From: the human T2T-CHM13v2.0 reference genome, Homo sapiens
Length of the DNA: 64,000 bases
Reading direction: 5' to 3' (one strand)
Assembly: GCF_009914755.1 (NCBI RefSeq)
Contig: NC_060926.1
The stretch's first letter is position 1. Each line of letters begins with the position of its first letter. The notes below the pieces were generated by a model. It saw nothing but the letters and a program-made list of their open reading frames with translations. It did no database searches and was not told where the DNA came from. Positions 1 through 12,622 of the stretch are shown here, in pieces. The position numbers and the translations under genes are program-made.

Positions 1-328
1 AAGAACAAGATTTTGGTTTATTGTTTTAAGTCCATTGTTTTATTTTCATGTGTCCTCTACCTTCATAATATGTTTCTTTCCCCCCTGAGTAGTTGTTCAA
101 TGTAGGAATGAGAAGACCTGTCTGTACACAGTAATTACACTTTTACTGCCAGCTCTCCATTCCTGGTGGGGGTTGGGAGCCTTGAGGAGGTGGCGTGGCT
201 CCAGAAGCCCTCGTAAAAATCCCTGGGAGGAACACAAAGGCTCTTTAGACAGACCTTTGTATTAGTCACTAATTGGGAAGACAATATGCATCAACTCCTT
301 GGAATAATTGACGTTTTCATAGGATTAA

Positions 329-1007
329 AAGTAAAGAGATCCTATGATCCAGCAATCCCACTACTGGGTATGTATTCAAAGGGAAGGAAATCAGTATGTC
401 AAAGAGATATCTGCACTCCCATGTTTATTGCAGCAACATTCAAAATAGCCAAAATATGGAATTAACCTCAGTGTCCATTGAATGAATGGATAAAGAAAAT
501 GTGGCATATATACACAATGGAATCCTATTTGGCCATGAAAAAGAATGAAATCCTGTCATTTGTAGAAATATGGATGAACCTGGAGGACATCATGTTAAGC
601 AAAATACACCAAATACAGAATGACAAATACTGTATGATCTTATTCGTGTGGGATCTATTTTAAAAAGTTATCATAGAAGCAGAGATTACAGCAGTAGTTA
701 CCAGAGATTGGGAAGGGAGGGTGGGGAGACGTTTGTCAACAAGTGTAAAGTTACAGTTAGATGGGGGGAATAAGTTCTGGGGCTCTATTGCAAAATAGGG
801 CAACTATGCTTAACGGTAGGATATTGTATATTACAAAATAGAAGAGAGGCTTTTGAGTGGTTTCACCACAAAGAAACAATTACATGCATGAGGTGATGGA
901 TATATGAACTACCCTAATTTGGTCATTATCCAATATCTACACGTGTTAAAACATCAAATTGTACTCCATAAGTATGTACAATTACAATGTGTCAATTAAA
1001 AAATAAA
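329..1007 (+). mobile_element. L1 (L1MA-type) 3' fragment: ORF2 C-terminal relic, 3' UTR and A-rich tail
   Basis: Typical L1 text gatccagcaatcccactactgggtat...ggataaagaaaatgtggcatatatacacaatgga; ORF 478-663 is a degenerate ORF2 end. Confidence 0.9.
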
Positions 1008-2110
1008 GAGACTGTATGTATATCCAGATGTGTCTATTAGGGGTTGTTAAAATAGAATTTCCCATCTTTTCTCTCTTTCTCATCTGTGGCTTCTACTCGT
1101 AATCTCGCTCTGTGTGACAAAACTGTATCTTAGTCATGAAAAACAGTTTATTTGAAAATATTGTTCAGGGAGATTAGTACCTCGCTCATACACAGATAGG
1201 ACATGGTTCAGAGAGGCTTGGAATCAGGTCATTGGCCAACGCTGTCAATTCTCTTTATAGTGTTTATGAGGTTTACGATGAGCATCTCATACAGCAATGC
1301 CTGAAACTACAAGTGGGACTTATATTGTGCCTGACATCAAGAAAAGGGCCAATAAATATTAGTTTACTCTTTGGTTACTTGCCTCTTTTCACTGATCCAC
1401 ATTGTTCTTATTTATGAGCAATATCCTTTAAGCTGCAGCCTCCTATGTGCTTAGAAGTCTTTTTAAACGTTGATGACTGATTAGGAAAATCAATACCAAA
1501 GAGCATGAAACCGCAGGGAAGCATGATAAGCACTTCTTAAATATTGGAAGTAATTTACGAACTACGGCATTTTCAAAGAGTCTGGAGTTCTGTGGAGAGA
1601 AAGACTCACAAATGCTTAAAATCATTTTTGGAGGCAGAAAGCCAGCAAACTAGAGCCTGGAAGATTGGGCAAGAGGCAGAAAGACAGAGGGGTCTGAGTA
1701 GTTCCGGCAAGGAGATAGGAATGAATAGAACACAAAGAAGTTGGCCTGGGGAGAGCAGGGGATGCTGGCTGGGAAGAGTGGACTTAGTCGTGCACGGTCA
1801 CAGTGGTCTGCCAAGCAGGCAGGAGCCTGGAAATCCAGGCACGGGCATCTCACCTTCTCAGCTGAAAATAGGGAGGAGGCATTTGAACTTTTTTCATCTG
1901 GAGAATAATGCAAGGAAAGGGATGATAAGGAAAAATGATGATGTTGGAGAAATGGCTTGGTCCATGAGCTATAGGAAAGCATAGGTTCTTCCCTCCATCT
2001 GGCAGTTCCCTTCCTCCATCTGCTCACTGACTACATTCTGTTTCTCCTCTGTCTATAACTACCCGGCCCCTCCTCATGGAGCCTTCCCCTCCCACCCCAC
2101 CCTCCAAGGC

Positions 2111-2434
2111 TGCTGTGATTTGAATGTGTCCCCTCCAGAGTTCAGGTGTTGCCACATGATATTAAGAGGTGGGACCTGCAAGAAGAGATTAGGCCATGAG
2201 AGCTCCTTCCTCCTTAATGGGATTTAGGTCCTTATAAAAGAGGCTTCACACAGCCTTTGGGTAGCTTGCCCTTCAGCATTCTGTCATGTGAGGATGCTGC
2301 AAGAAGACCCTCACAAGACCAAATGCCAGTGCCTTGATCTTGGACTAACAGCCTCCAGAACTCTGAGGAATAAATTTCTGTTCTTTACAAGTTAGTCTGT
2401 GATATTCTGTTATAGCAGCACAAAGTGGACCAAG
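2111..2434 (+). mobile_element. ERVL-MaLR solo LTR (MST/MLT1A-type)
   Basis: Starts tgctgtgatttgaatgtgtcccc; contains gccttgatcttggact..cagcctccagaact and aataaatttctgttcttt. Confidence 0.85.
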
Positions 2435-2489
2435 TGTCTTTTCATGTACTATGTCCTTAACCACTTGTGTTTATTCCTGCTGTAGCATG

Positions 2490-2626
2490 TAATGTAATTG
2501 TTTTGGTTACCCAGGAGATGCTAAGTTCCCTGAGAATGGAGAGCTTGTCCATTGCATCTTCATGTCCAGCCCAGTACCTGATGCATGGTAGGCACTCAAT
2601 TAATACTTGAAACAATGTGTGAATGA
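2490..2626 (+). mobile_element. L2 3' end
   Basis: cagtacctgatgcatggtaggcactcaattaatacttg...gaatg resembles the L2 terminus. Confidence 0.6.
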
Positions 2627-3035
2627 GAAGCGTGCAGTAATAGCACAAATAGATTAAGGCCTAGGCAAATGGGTTGATAAGTAGTAAGGAAGGGACTGAT
2701 GGGGATCTTGGAAGGTGAGAGCAAGTTGGGTGGGTGGCAGAATAGTTAATTATCACTCTACTGAGTGCAAGGTTTTATTCTCTGTTATTTGCTCATCTTA
2801 TTTCTCTCATTCTACTTTCTCTTAATTGGGAATTTAGAATTATTAATGATTTGTTTGTAGTTGAAATATCACTGTCAACATATAAATACTCCAAAGGCAG
2901 CTATATCCTGTGCTGTTAGTTTCAAGTTAATTAGAATTATTGAATAATTTGAGGGTGGCAGTGTATTATTAACACTATTAACGTTGTTTATAAATATAGA
3001 GCAAATTGGGTTTTTAAAAATTATTCTCATTCTTG

Positions 3036-3714
3036 TTTTTATTATTTTTGATATGCAATTTTACATATTTTTGGGGTACGGTGTGATAGTTCAGTACATG
3101 TATATAATGCATAAAGATGAAACTAGGGTAATTAGCCATCTATCACCTCAGACATGTATTATTTATTTGTGTTGGGAGCATTCAAAACCCACTCTTCCAG
3201 CTAATTGAAAATACACAATAAATTGTTGTTAGTTATAGGTGCCTGACAGTACTGTAGAGTACTAGGACTGTTCTTCCTTTCTAGCTATATTTTGTATCCA
3301 CTAACCAGCTTCTGGCTAACCCCCTCCCCTTACCCTGCCCATCCCCTAGTAACCACTATTCTACACTCTACTTCTATGAGATCAACTTTTTTAGCTTCTA
3401 CATATGAGTGAGAACCTGAGGTACTTGTCTTTCGGTGCCTGGCTTATTTCACTTAAAAGTAATATCCTCCAAACTCATTCATATTGCTACAAATGGCAGG
3501 ATTTCATTCCTTTATATGACTGAATAGTATTTCATTGTGTATACATACCATTTTTAAAATCTATTCATCTGTTGATTCCATATCTTGGCTATTGTGAATA
3601 GTGCTACAATAAACATGGGAATGCAGATATCTCTTTGACATACTGATTTTCTCTCCTTTGGATATATAACCGGTAGTTGGGTTGCTGGATCATATGGTAG
3701 TTCTATTTTTAGTT
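3036..3714 (-). mobile_element. L1 (L1MA-type) 3' fragment, antisense
   Basis: ctacttctatgagatcaacttttttagctt...gatatctctttgacatactgattt...gctggatcatatggtagttctatttttag. Confidence 0.9.
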
Positions 3715-4491
3715 TGCCCGTGTGTTTTTTGAAATAAGACCTGTTAAAACTACATAAACTTGACTTTTTATTATCCAGATAAGACTTGTTCATTGCGGAA
3801 AAATTATAGCTATGACAATATGTAATTTAATAGTTAATATATGAACATAAGAAAAAATAAAAATCCCCTGAAATAATTATTACTCAGAGATTACCACTAA
3901 GCAATTTTGGGTAAATATATTGCCAGGCATTTTTAGTGTGTGTGTCTAAATATATATCTACTTTAAACGTAAAGTACACTGTATACCTTCTTGTAACCGG
4001 ATCTTAACTTAAAATATGAATGTGCCTGTTAACATTTCCGTAGCTCATCTGGTTTTAGCATAGCGGTAGTGAGCAGTTGCATGCACCCTTGACAGTATGC
4101 CACATGACATACAAGCTGGGCCATATTTCTGCTCTTTCTCCAGAGCTGCAGAGGTCATCTAGACACAGGAAGACACAACCTAGAAAAATGGGGGAGTTAA
4201 TACTACAACTCTCACAATGGGGGGTGGGAGTTGGTGGATAAATGCTGCGGCATCCCTGTCCTGTGTTGAGACAGTTACAAGATCCATGCTATGTGGTTCT
4301 GCAGGGGCTCCCCATGCAGTTGCCTGCAGCAGTAACCAGCTCATTCCTGAAAATTGTGTTGGTTTTTCTCCTTTGTCTATCTTACTTTCTCCAAAGCAGC
4401 TTACATCCGGGTCTTTATCTCAGTGACTCTTTCTAGAGAATCCCAAATTAAGAAAACGTCAACCCTGTATTATTGAACAATCCGATTTATC

Positions 4492-4705
4492 TTAATTTTT
4501 GTTATAAAAAGAATTATAATGGATATCTATGTATAAATTCCTCTACATATGGGTCTAGTTAATTATTTTTAAATAATAAATGCTAAGTCAAGGATATGTT
4601 TTTAATTTTTATTGTAAATAGAATTATAATAGATATCTATGTATCAGTACCTTTATATATGGATCTAGTTAATTTTTTACAATAAATGCTGGGTCAAAGA
4701 TATGT
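4492..4705. repeat. Two-copy tandem duplication of a ~110-bp AT-rich unit
   Basis: ttaattttt..agaattataat.gatatctatgtat...tctagttaatt...aataaatgct..gtcaa.gatatgt occurs at ~4492 and ~4602. Confidence 0.85.
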
Positions 4706-7579
4706 ACATTTTAAAGACTCTTGATATATGTTACCAAATTACCCTTTAGAAAGGTTATTCCAGTTTGCAGAGTATTGGTTTTCCTGTAAGTATATAAGTG
4801 ACCTTTGGGTATGAACCTTTTTAAATATTTGTCAGACTCTCAGATAAAAAATTCTGTCTAGCTTTAATCTGTAATTTTTACATGTGCTTTTGGTCACATA
4901 TTTTTGTTTGATGTGTTGCCTGTTTGTATCTTCTTCCCATTTTTCTCATTGGATATTTAAATGTTTTAATCACTTTTTATGAACTCTTTACATATTAGAA
5001 ATAGTAATCCTTTATCTGTTGTCAATCATTTCTCTAAAATGTTTTTTGACTAATTTTGTGCTTCTTAATAGCCACTGTCACTGGCTTCATTGTCAGATTC
5101 TACATTGGCCTGCACATCTCTCTCCCCGTGTGTTGACATTCTCACCGTTTCCCTCCCTCTAGGTCTTTCTACCTCTTTGTCATTCATCTTTTCTTTTCTA
5201 TACCTGGTCTCTTTCTCCCTAATTCCTGTTCTAAACATGGAATTGATTGGTCTCTTTTACTTTGCAGTGATTCTTGCTGGGTGTAGAGGAGAGTCCACAT
5301 CAGAGAGGTGGTCTTTCAAGCGCCATATCCCCAGACTCTTGAGAATCACAGCGTTCTTACCCTGAGCTGTAGTGTGCATAGTGTACCACGGTGACTGTTA
5401 GATGTGTGTGGAGACCCTCAGCTGAAAAGAGGCAGAAGTTGAGAACTATTGGCTGAAAGGCTTAAGAAGCCATGGAAATGCCACTCACGTTTTCCATCTG
5501 CTTGTTTCTATGATAGAACCCTCTTGGAAATCCTGTGACCTGAGTGCCCATCTCCAAAAAACTCTTTCTACCTATATATACTTCACAGATCTGAAAGTTA
5601 CTTACTAAATTGATTGCAGAATGTGGTAAAGGCACATGCTAGACCAGGTCTAGAGGACTAGTATCCTTTTTAAAGCCTGATCAATATGAAGGACTCTTTA
5701 TGTAATGCCAGGGGGTCAAGTCCAAATTACATTTCCACATCAGGAGAACTTTCAAGGCTAATGCAGATGCCACAGGCCTCTAGGGAGGGGTTACTGCTGT
5801 GCTTGGTAGATTTATAGTCACATGTCTACTGTCCCAGGAAAGGAGGAAGGGACACCTCTTGCATTCTGGGAGTGCTCTCGGCTGCTCACCACTAATCAGG
5901 AGTTTCTTCAAGCTGAGAGACTTCTGGCTTCATTCTTTTCATCCCAAACACAATTTATTTATATCTTTGTAAAGTCACAAAATATGAAATATTTCTTTGT
6001 CTTCCGAGTTATTTTATAATGTGTATCTAATTAAAATTGTAGATTATCATCTCAAATTGATTTGATTTATATTCATTTAAATTAATAACACAGTTTCTTA
6101 AAAGAATCTTCAATATTTAGGTAACAAATTAATATAGATATTGAACATTTAAAATTACACATGAAAAGAGAAATAAGCAAAGATGTTGAGAGGCAATCAC
6201 AGATCACACTTGCTATGACTGAGCTTTACAATTAGATCTCAGCTTCTCAAAACCAGGGTGGAAAAGTATTAATAACAATGGGGAAACATAATTATCACTT
6301 GGCACAAAGAAACATGCTAAGCATTAACAGAAAGGAAGTATTTCCTCCTGCCTTGGACTAAATTTTGAAGCAAAAATGTCCTGTGGAACTTAGACATTGG
6401 ACTTAGGGTAAACGTTTCCAGTATAAATTCATGGAAGCATTTTTCTTATGTTTTTTTTCTTAGAGTAAATCCTCAATGTAAGCAAAAGGCATAAGGTTTA
6501 AATATAACTCAGTGAGTGTTTTCTCAGAGTAGTTTTAGTGAAAGTAGTGTCAAAGTAGTTTAAGAATCTAGGTTTTTGGTATTTTTAAACATAATCCAAC
6601 TACATAGAGAACAAATGTCTGTTAGACTATATTCCTTGACTCCTAGTTGCATCAGCTGGGCTTTGTGAAAGCTAGGTAAGAGTTTTCACGGAAATAGCAA
6701 AAGATGAAATTTGCCTCAAGATGCTGATTTCGAGTAAATACCCACACACCTTTTACATCTTTGATGAGGCAACAAAATGTGTTTAATATGTTTTATGATT
6801 CTTGTTCTTTTCTTAAATCAAAATAGTTATTAATTCAAAGAAACTACTGTTTATTCAGCTGCAGATGCCTACTGGTTCTTGGAGGGAGAAAAGCACATGT
6901 ATGTATGTATGTGATTTATGTTTCTATTTAACCATTGACCACTTGCCTGGTTAATCAGATATCCTTTTCTCTGGTCCTTGCTTCAAAATCGCTATCTCTT
7001 TAGGCTTTCACTAACATGATAATTGCAGATGGTAAAGTAAAGTATCAGACCTTATCTGTTTTTCTGACTTCTGTTGACAATGAAACCTCTGTAATGCAGC
7101 CAATAAAAGAAGATACTGGATGAAAGAGCAGATTTACTGACACTTAAAGATGCTTCTTTACCCTTCTCTTAAAAAAAAATCATAGAATAAATTGCACTCG
7201 ATTCTTACGTGTGTGGTCAAAATGTCGATGAAGGCTTGACTTGCACCAGCGCTTCTGGCTCCTATCCTGGTGCCAGGATCAGGTTTGCTCAGGGTAAGAA
7301 CAGCCACAGATGCCTCCCAAGGGAATGTTACTGATGGATATGCTTGCTGCTGAGTTATGTCTCAATTGATGCCTCTGGGAGAAGAGGCACATAAGCTAAT
7401 GAAAAATCCCGTTATACATTGTGGCTTAGATTGAGAGAGTTAGAGGTAATTTCTCATCCACTGTGATATGGCCTGTCTTAGTGTTATTCAGACATTTTAT
7501 AAGTCTTCTTAAATTGAAATTAGTTGACGTGTAATTTAATAGCTAATAAGCACCATTTATGAGGAGTTCTCTTATGATG

Positions 7580-7930
7580 CTGTTAGTCAGCTCAGACTGC
7601 TGTAACAAAATACCGCATACTAGATGGCTTGAGCAACGGAAATTTCTCATCGTTCTGGAGGCTGGAAGTTGCAGATAAGGTCTGGTAAGGATTGGCGTCT
7701 AGTGAGGGCACTCTTCCTAGTATGCAGAGAGCAACCTTCTCACTGCGGTCTTCACTTGGTCTTCCCTCTGAGCACGCGCGTGGAGAGGGAGAAATCTCTC
7801 TCTTCCTCTTCCTCTCCTTGTAACGCCACCAACCCTATTGGTTTAAGACTCTAACCTTATGACCTCGTTTTATGTTAATTACCTTCCAAAGGCCTTATCT
7901 TCAAATACAGTCATGTTAGTGATTAGGGCA
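7580..7930 (-). mobile_element. ERVL-MaLR LTR (MLT1A/B-type)
   Basis: tgttagtcagctcagactgctgtaacaaaatacc...ttctggaggctggaagt...ggccttatcttcaaatacagtca. Confidence 0.8.
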
Positions 7931-8924
7931 GATGCAAAAAATAAATAAATGAATAAATAAAAAGACGCAATTTCTGTTAACCAAGGCAAAAAAAAAAAAA
8001 AAAATTAAGGAAGGAAGCCTAAGGGATCTTGTCAGTGAGATAATCATTGAGTTATGTAACAGTAAGAACTGGTTACCCATCTGGACCTGTGGATTGTTCT
8101 GTAGATTACAGGATTTGGAGGTCCTTTCTAAACCTAAAATTCAGTGTTTCTAGGTAATAGCTCATTTGGGGGAATCTATTCCAAATGCCTGTGATGTTTT
8201 TCTTTCATTACTCATTCTTCGTCACCCAGAGTACCCAGCGGAAGGCACAGTGGAAGAGCCCAGCTGGCCTAGGTTTGATTTCCACTTTCTCTACTTATCA
8301 GCTGTGTATCCTTTAATTAATTACGGTTCCTCTCTGAGACTGTCTACAAAATAATTGATACTTACCTTGATGCATGTATTAATATTAGAATACAGGCTAA
8401 GCTACTGTATATAAAAGTAAAGCAAAACACACTAGCTTAGATATGAGAGAAATGATAGGAATTTATTTATCTCATACATACAATCCAGAGGGAAGCAGAT
8501 CAGGGCTGGTGGGAGACTTCTGATACCAGACTCCATAGAAACTTCCATTTCAGGGCCAGTGGTGACTGCTTCAGTTTTCATTATCTCCCTTCAATAGGAA
8601 TGGAGAAAGGGTGAGAGGAACTCATTCACACTGACCTTTTAGGGGCACCGTCCCCAAGTGACACACACAAACTTTGCTTCCACCAGAGCTTCCCACCAGA
8701 ATTGTACTAGCCAAGGAGGCTGGATGAGAAGCTTATCTTTAGCTATTGCTTTACTAGCAGTGGTTCTTCTGCTTCAAATGATTCTCGCAAAGATTAGAAA
8801 TAATTCATTAATTCATTTATCTATATTGAATTGTGAAATATCTTAACAAAGTATTTAGCAAGCTGCCTGATACATGGTAAATACCAAAAAGATGGAATCA
8901 GCCTTCTTGCTTTTCCCTAGTACC

Positions 8925-9050
8925 TTACTACTTGCAAAGTGTGGTCCGTGGCCTAATAGCATGAGTATCAACTGGGAGCTTTAGAGATGCAGAATTTCAT
9001 CCCCAAGCCCAGACCTCAGCCTGCATTTTAACAGTTGGTGAAGCTCTGAG
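8925..9050. mobile_element. MER5A-like hAT MITE fragment
   Basis: caaagtgtggtccgtgg...ctgggagctt..agatgcagaattt. Confidence 0.65.
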
Positions 9051-9249
9051 CTGGCATGTTCTTTTATAAATCTTTAATGGCGTCTGCTGGCCTCTGCTGG
9101 TGACATTATCTTGATTGCTTACAATGTTGTCAGAATTAAATGAGATGACACGTGTAAAATACTTTAAATCTGTGAAATGTTTTATAACATGATTTAAGTG
9201 TACATGTGTGAGAAGGAATAATGTGAATCATAGGTTATAAGAACAACAT

Positions 9250-9542
9250 TTATTTTCTGAGACAGGGTCTCACTCTGTTGCTCAGGCTGGAATGCCTGGC
9301 ACAATCATGGCTTATTGCAGCCTTGGCCCCCACCAGGCTCAAGCAATCTTCCTACCTCAGCCTCCTGAGTAGCTGGGACTATAGGCATATGCCACCGTGC
9401 CTAGCTAGTTTTCATATTATTTGTAGAGATGAGGTCCCACTGTGTTGCCCAGGCCGGTCTTGAGCTCCTGGGCTCAAGCAGTTCTCCCACCTCATCTTCC
9501 CAAAGTGTTGGAATTGCAGGTGTGAGCCACAATGACTGACCC
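9250..9542 (-). mobile_element. Alu (old, AluJ-like), antisense
   Basis: gagacagggtctcactctgttgctcaggctgg...cccaaagtgttggaattgcaggtgtgagccac. Confidence 0.92.
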
Positions 9543-9871
9543 AAAATTTGGCTTCAGATTTTCCAACCTTGATAAACTTCCTTGATGCTGTAACGTCATG
9601 TGAAAAAGGCATTCTGTTTCTGGAGAATGTGCTTGAATTGCCATGCAACCTCCTAGGTACAGAGCTTTTATTATTAGTTAGGGCTTAACTTTCTAAATTG
9701 AGGGGTTTTAGTGTATTTTTAATCACCATTCCTCTATGATGTCTAAATATTTCATCTTTTTAAGTTCTTAATTACATTACTGTCCTATAATTTGTGTGAT
9801 AGAATATATGGATTTTGACATCAAATGAATGTGGAAATGATTCTAAAAAACTGGAAAATTTTTTATCAATG

Positions 9872-9969
9872 GAGGCAGGAGAATCATTTGAACGCAGGAG
9901 GCAGAGGTCGCGCCACTATACTCCAGCCTGGCGACAAAGTGAGACTCCGTCTCAAAAAAAAAAAAAAAG
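9872..9969 (+). mobile_element. Alu right-arm fragment with internal deletion and poly-A
   Basis: gaggcaggagaatcatttgaac...actccagcctggcgacaaagtgagactccgtctc(A)n. Confidence 0.9.
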
Positions 9970-11429
9970 AAGTTATGCCCAAATTATAAACAGCCAATCC
10001 AGATTCATACACCAGTGTTGAGCTATAAGAAATCAGGAGAATCAACTCATGGACTTCGGTTTTCTTATCTATAAATTGGGAAAGATATTTGTTCCACTGT
10101 CTCACAGTGTTTGGGGGGTATAACTTAATTTAAGATCCTAGAAAAATGTACTGTGCATATGGAAGGTGATATTAATACCTGACGTTGTCAGAGTGAGGGG
10201 TATATGTGAACATGCATTCTGTATGAAAGAATATATTCCTAAATGATTGGCCAGAAAACTTGTGAGCTGAACTTGGGCCCTGGTAGCTTCATCAGATTCA
10301 TGGTATCCAGGTCTGTGCCCCTGCCTCCGGTGCACAGGAGCCCAAAAAGAGGCAGACACTTACACGCTGTTTCTGCAGTTCAGTCAGGCATCGGGCATGC
10401 AATGAAAGCAGATCTAGGGGATGCACATCTGATGCACACAGAGAAAAGCCTGGGTTTTAGAAGACTAATCAGCCAAGAAGCTCACAAAGGAAGGGAAGTT
10501 CTGAACGACGGATTTTTCTGCATCATTTAGAGTTATACCTTGCCCTCCTGCCTGTCACTGCAAGGGATGGGCACAGTGGCAGAGATGACTGCTGCATCCT
10601 TAGGGGCAAGCACACACATGCCCAATGGTCTTGGGACTGATAAATTTAGATGAACATGAGGCCTTGCATTTCCATTCTGTATTCCTTTTCATTAACATTC
10701 AGTAGATGAGTGCTGAACTGTGAACTTGGAAGTCTATGGTGAGAGGATAAACATGCATATGACTTAACTTTCCTTCAAGGACTTTCAGTTGAGGAGATAA
10801 TCAACTTTATCAGAGAGAACGGCAATAACTAACATTTGTACTTTAAAATAGATGTTGCTGTGTTGTACCCACATTTTTTAAAACCTGCATATATATGGGT
10901 ATTTAAAAGTAAATTGATCTGTATCATGTTTATATTACATAGGGACAAAAGACCAAAAATGGGCTATACATCAAAATGTTAATGGTGATGAAAATTTAAA
11001 TTATTTTTATTTTTTATTCTTTATTTTTTACATCTTCCTCAATGGACACATATTGCTGACTGAACTATAAAAACACAGTAAGCCTCCCAAGTAGTTTTAT
11101 GCACACGCTCTCATTTGATCTTCACAATCACTCTGTGAGGTCAATAATGAACATTGATGTTATAGATGAGAGAAATGGAGGAGACAGACAACTCAGACAC
11201 TGAGGAAGTTAACTGCAGTGAAATTACATGATACAGACAGTGTTGAACAGGGAGCAAAAGGCAAAATCAGGAGCCTAATTAAGATCTCGGAAAGAAAATG
11301 AATAGTGCTTGAATGAAAGGGAAATGTAAAGATTCTGGAACATAGTTAGGTTTAGGGCAGTGCATGGCTTTGTACAGGAATCTGGCTCCCTACCTTGAGA
11401 TTGGGTTTAGTTTGATCAGACTCAGAGAC

Positions 11430-11662
11430 AGGGTGCACAGTGGTTATGTTTGGGTTTGGGACCAGAGAGTCTGAGTTTGATTTTCAACTTTGGCACTGCC
11501 TAGCTATTGAACCTAGGTAGTTATTCACAGACTCGGGGCCTCCATTTACCTATCTATAAAATAAGAAAAATACTAGTAGCTACTATAAGGATTAAAGGAG
11601 TTAATATGTGTAGGAGGCTTTAAAAGTATATAGGACATAAGGAGGACTCAGCAGATATTAGC
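11430..11662 (+). mobile_element. MIR
   Basis: cagtggttatgtttggg...ctgagtttgatt...cctccatttacctatctataaaataag MIR core. Confidence 0.6.
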
Positions 11663-12571
11663 CACCTGAAGCTAATTGTCCTCATTCCTATGATACAGGG
11701 CTGATGAAGATGTTGGCAGATTAATCTTAAGAAACATATAGATGTATATCAAATGTATATAGATGTATATCAGAAAGTGCTGAGAGCTGTAGATAAGGGA
11801 TGCAAAAGAATTATAACATTAATACTTCTTTTGAAATTATTTTGAAACTATGAGAAAGTTTGTGCTGGTCTTATTGGATAATTCGGCTGTCTGCTTGAAT
11901 TCATACCAACCCCTCCCTGATTATTACAAATGTTTGGAATCTGTGTGTACACTTAGATTTTCCTAATCATACTGTGTCATAAGGCAAGTAATTCCTCAAA
12001 TTAAGAATGATTGTTTTGTCATAAAAAGACCTGGATCACAGGTCAGGAGTTGGCATGTGCTGTGAGGGTTAGTCTTAAGTGTCCTTCTTAAGAAGTATAC
12101 CTGCATGTCACTGAACCCTGGTCAAGGCATGAATAATGTCGCTTGGTAAACATTGAGTCTGAGGAGTTTCAGGGCAGTTTATACTAGCTGTCATCAATGT
12201 TTATAGATAAGAGTGAGATGGAGGATTTATATCTGGTTTCTGTGAGACCCCTGCAGGCCCCTGCTGTTGAGGCTGGTTATGTAGCAGGAATATGTCTAAG
12301 TGACCAGCAAAATAGAAAAAACACCAGCTGGAACTGCATCCCAAAAGCAGCCTAAAATACTACCAGTTGAGTTTAACTTACCAAGAGAGAATATATTGTA
12401 TGATACTAGTTGCTTTAATATCCTATGCCTAGCTGTTTTAAAGTTTGTCAGTTCTCACACAGGTAAATTATTGAAATCCAAAAATATTAGGGCAAGAGCC
12501 TATTGTAAACCTTTTTTATCCTCTTATCCATGTTCTAAAATATGTAAAATATTTTTTGTCATTTTTTTCAG

Positions 12572-12622
12572 ACCCCCTGGTTGTGGAATACGAGGCATTG
12601 CTGGTACAACTACCCCTATCAG
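12572..12622 (+). CDS. CERS6: CERS6 coding exon (51 nt, phase 0-0; probably exon 5), [17 protein letters not shown]
   Basis: T-rich tract + ttcag acceptor (AG 12570-12571), donor CAG|gtaagg at 12623; peptide matches ceramide synthase 5/6 and joins in frame to the next exon. Confidence 0.96.

Noticed and set aside
478-663. ORF resembling L1 ORF2p C-terminus
   Set aside because: Degenerate fragment of a truncated L1; not a gene
1544-2027. 146- and 125-aa overlapping ORFs
   Set aside because: Non-ATG starts, purine-rich intronic sequence, no recognisable domain or exon structure
11747-11773. Short repeat atatagatgtatatca x2
   Set aside because: Low-complexity slippage with no functional hint
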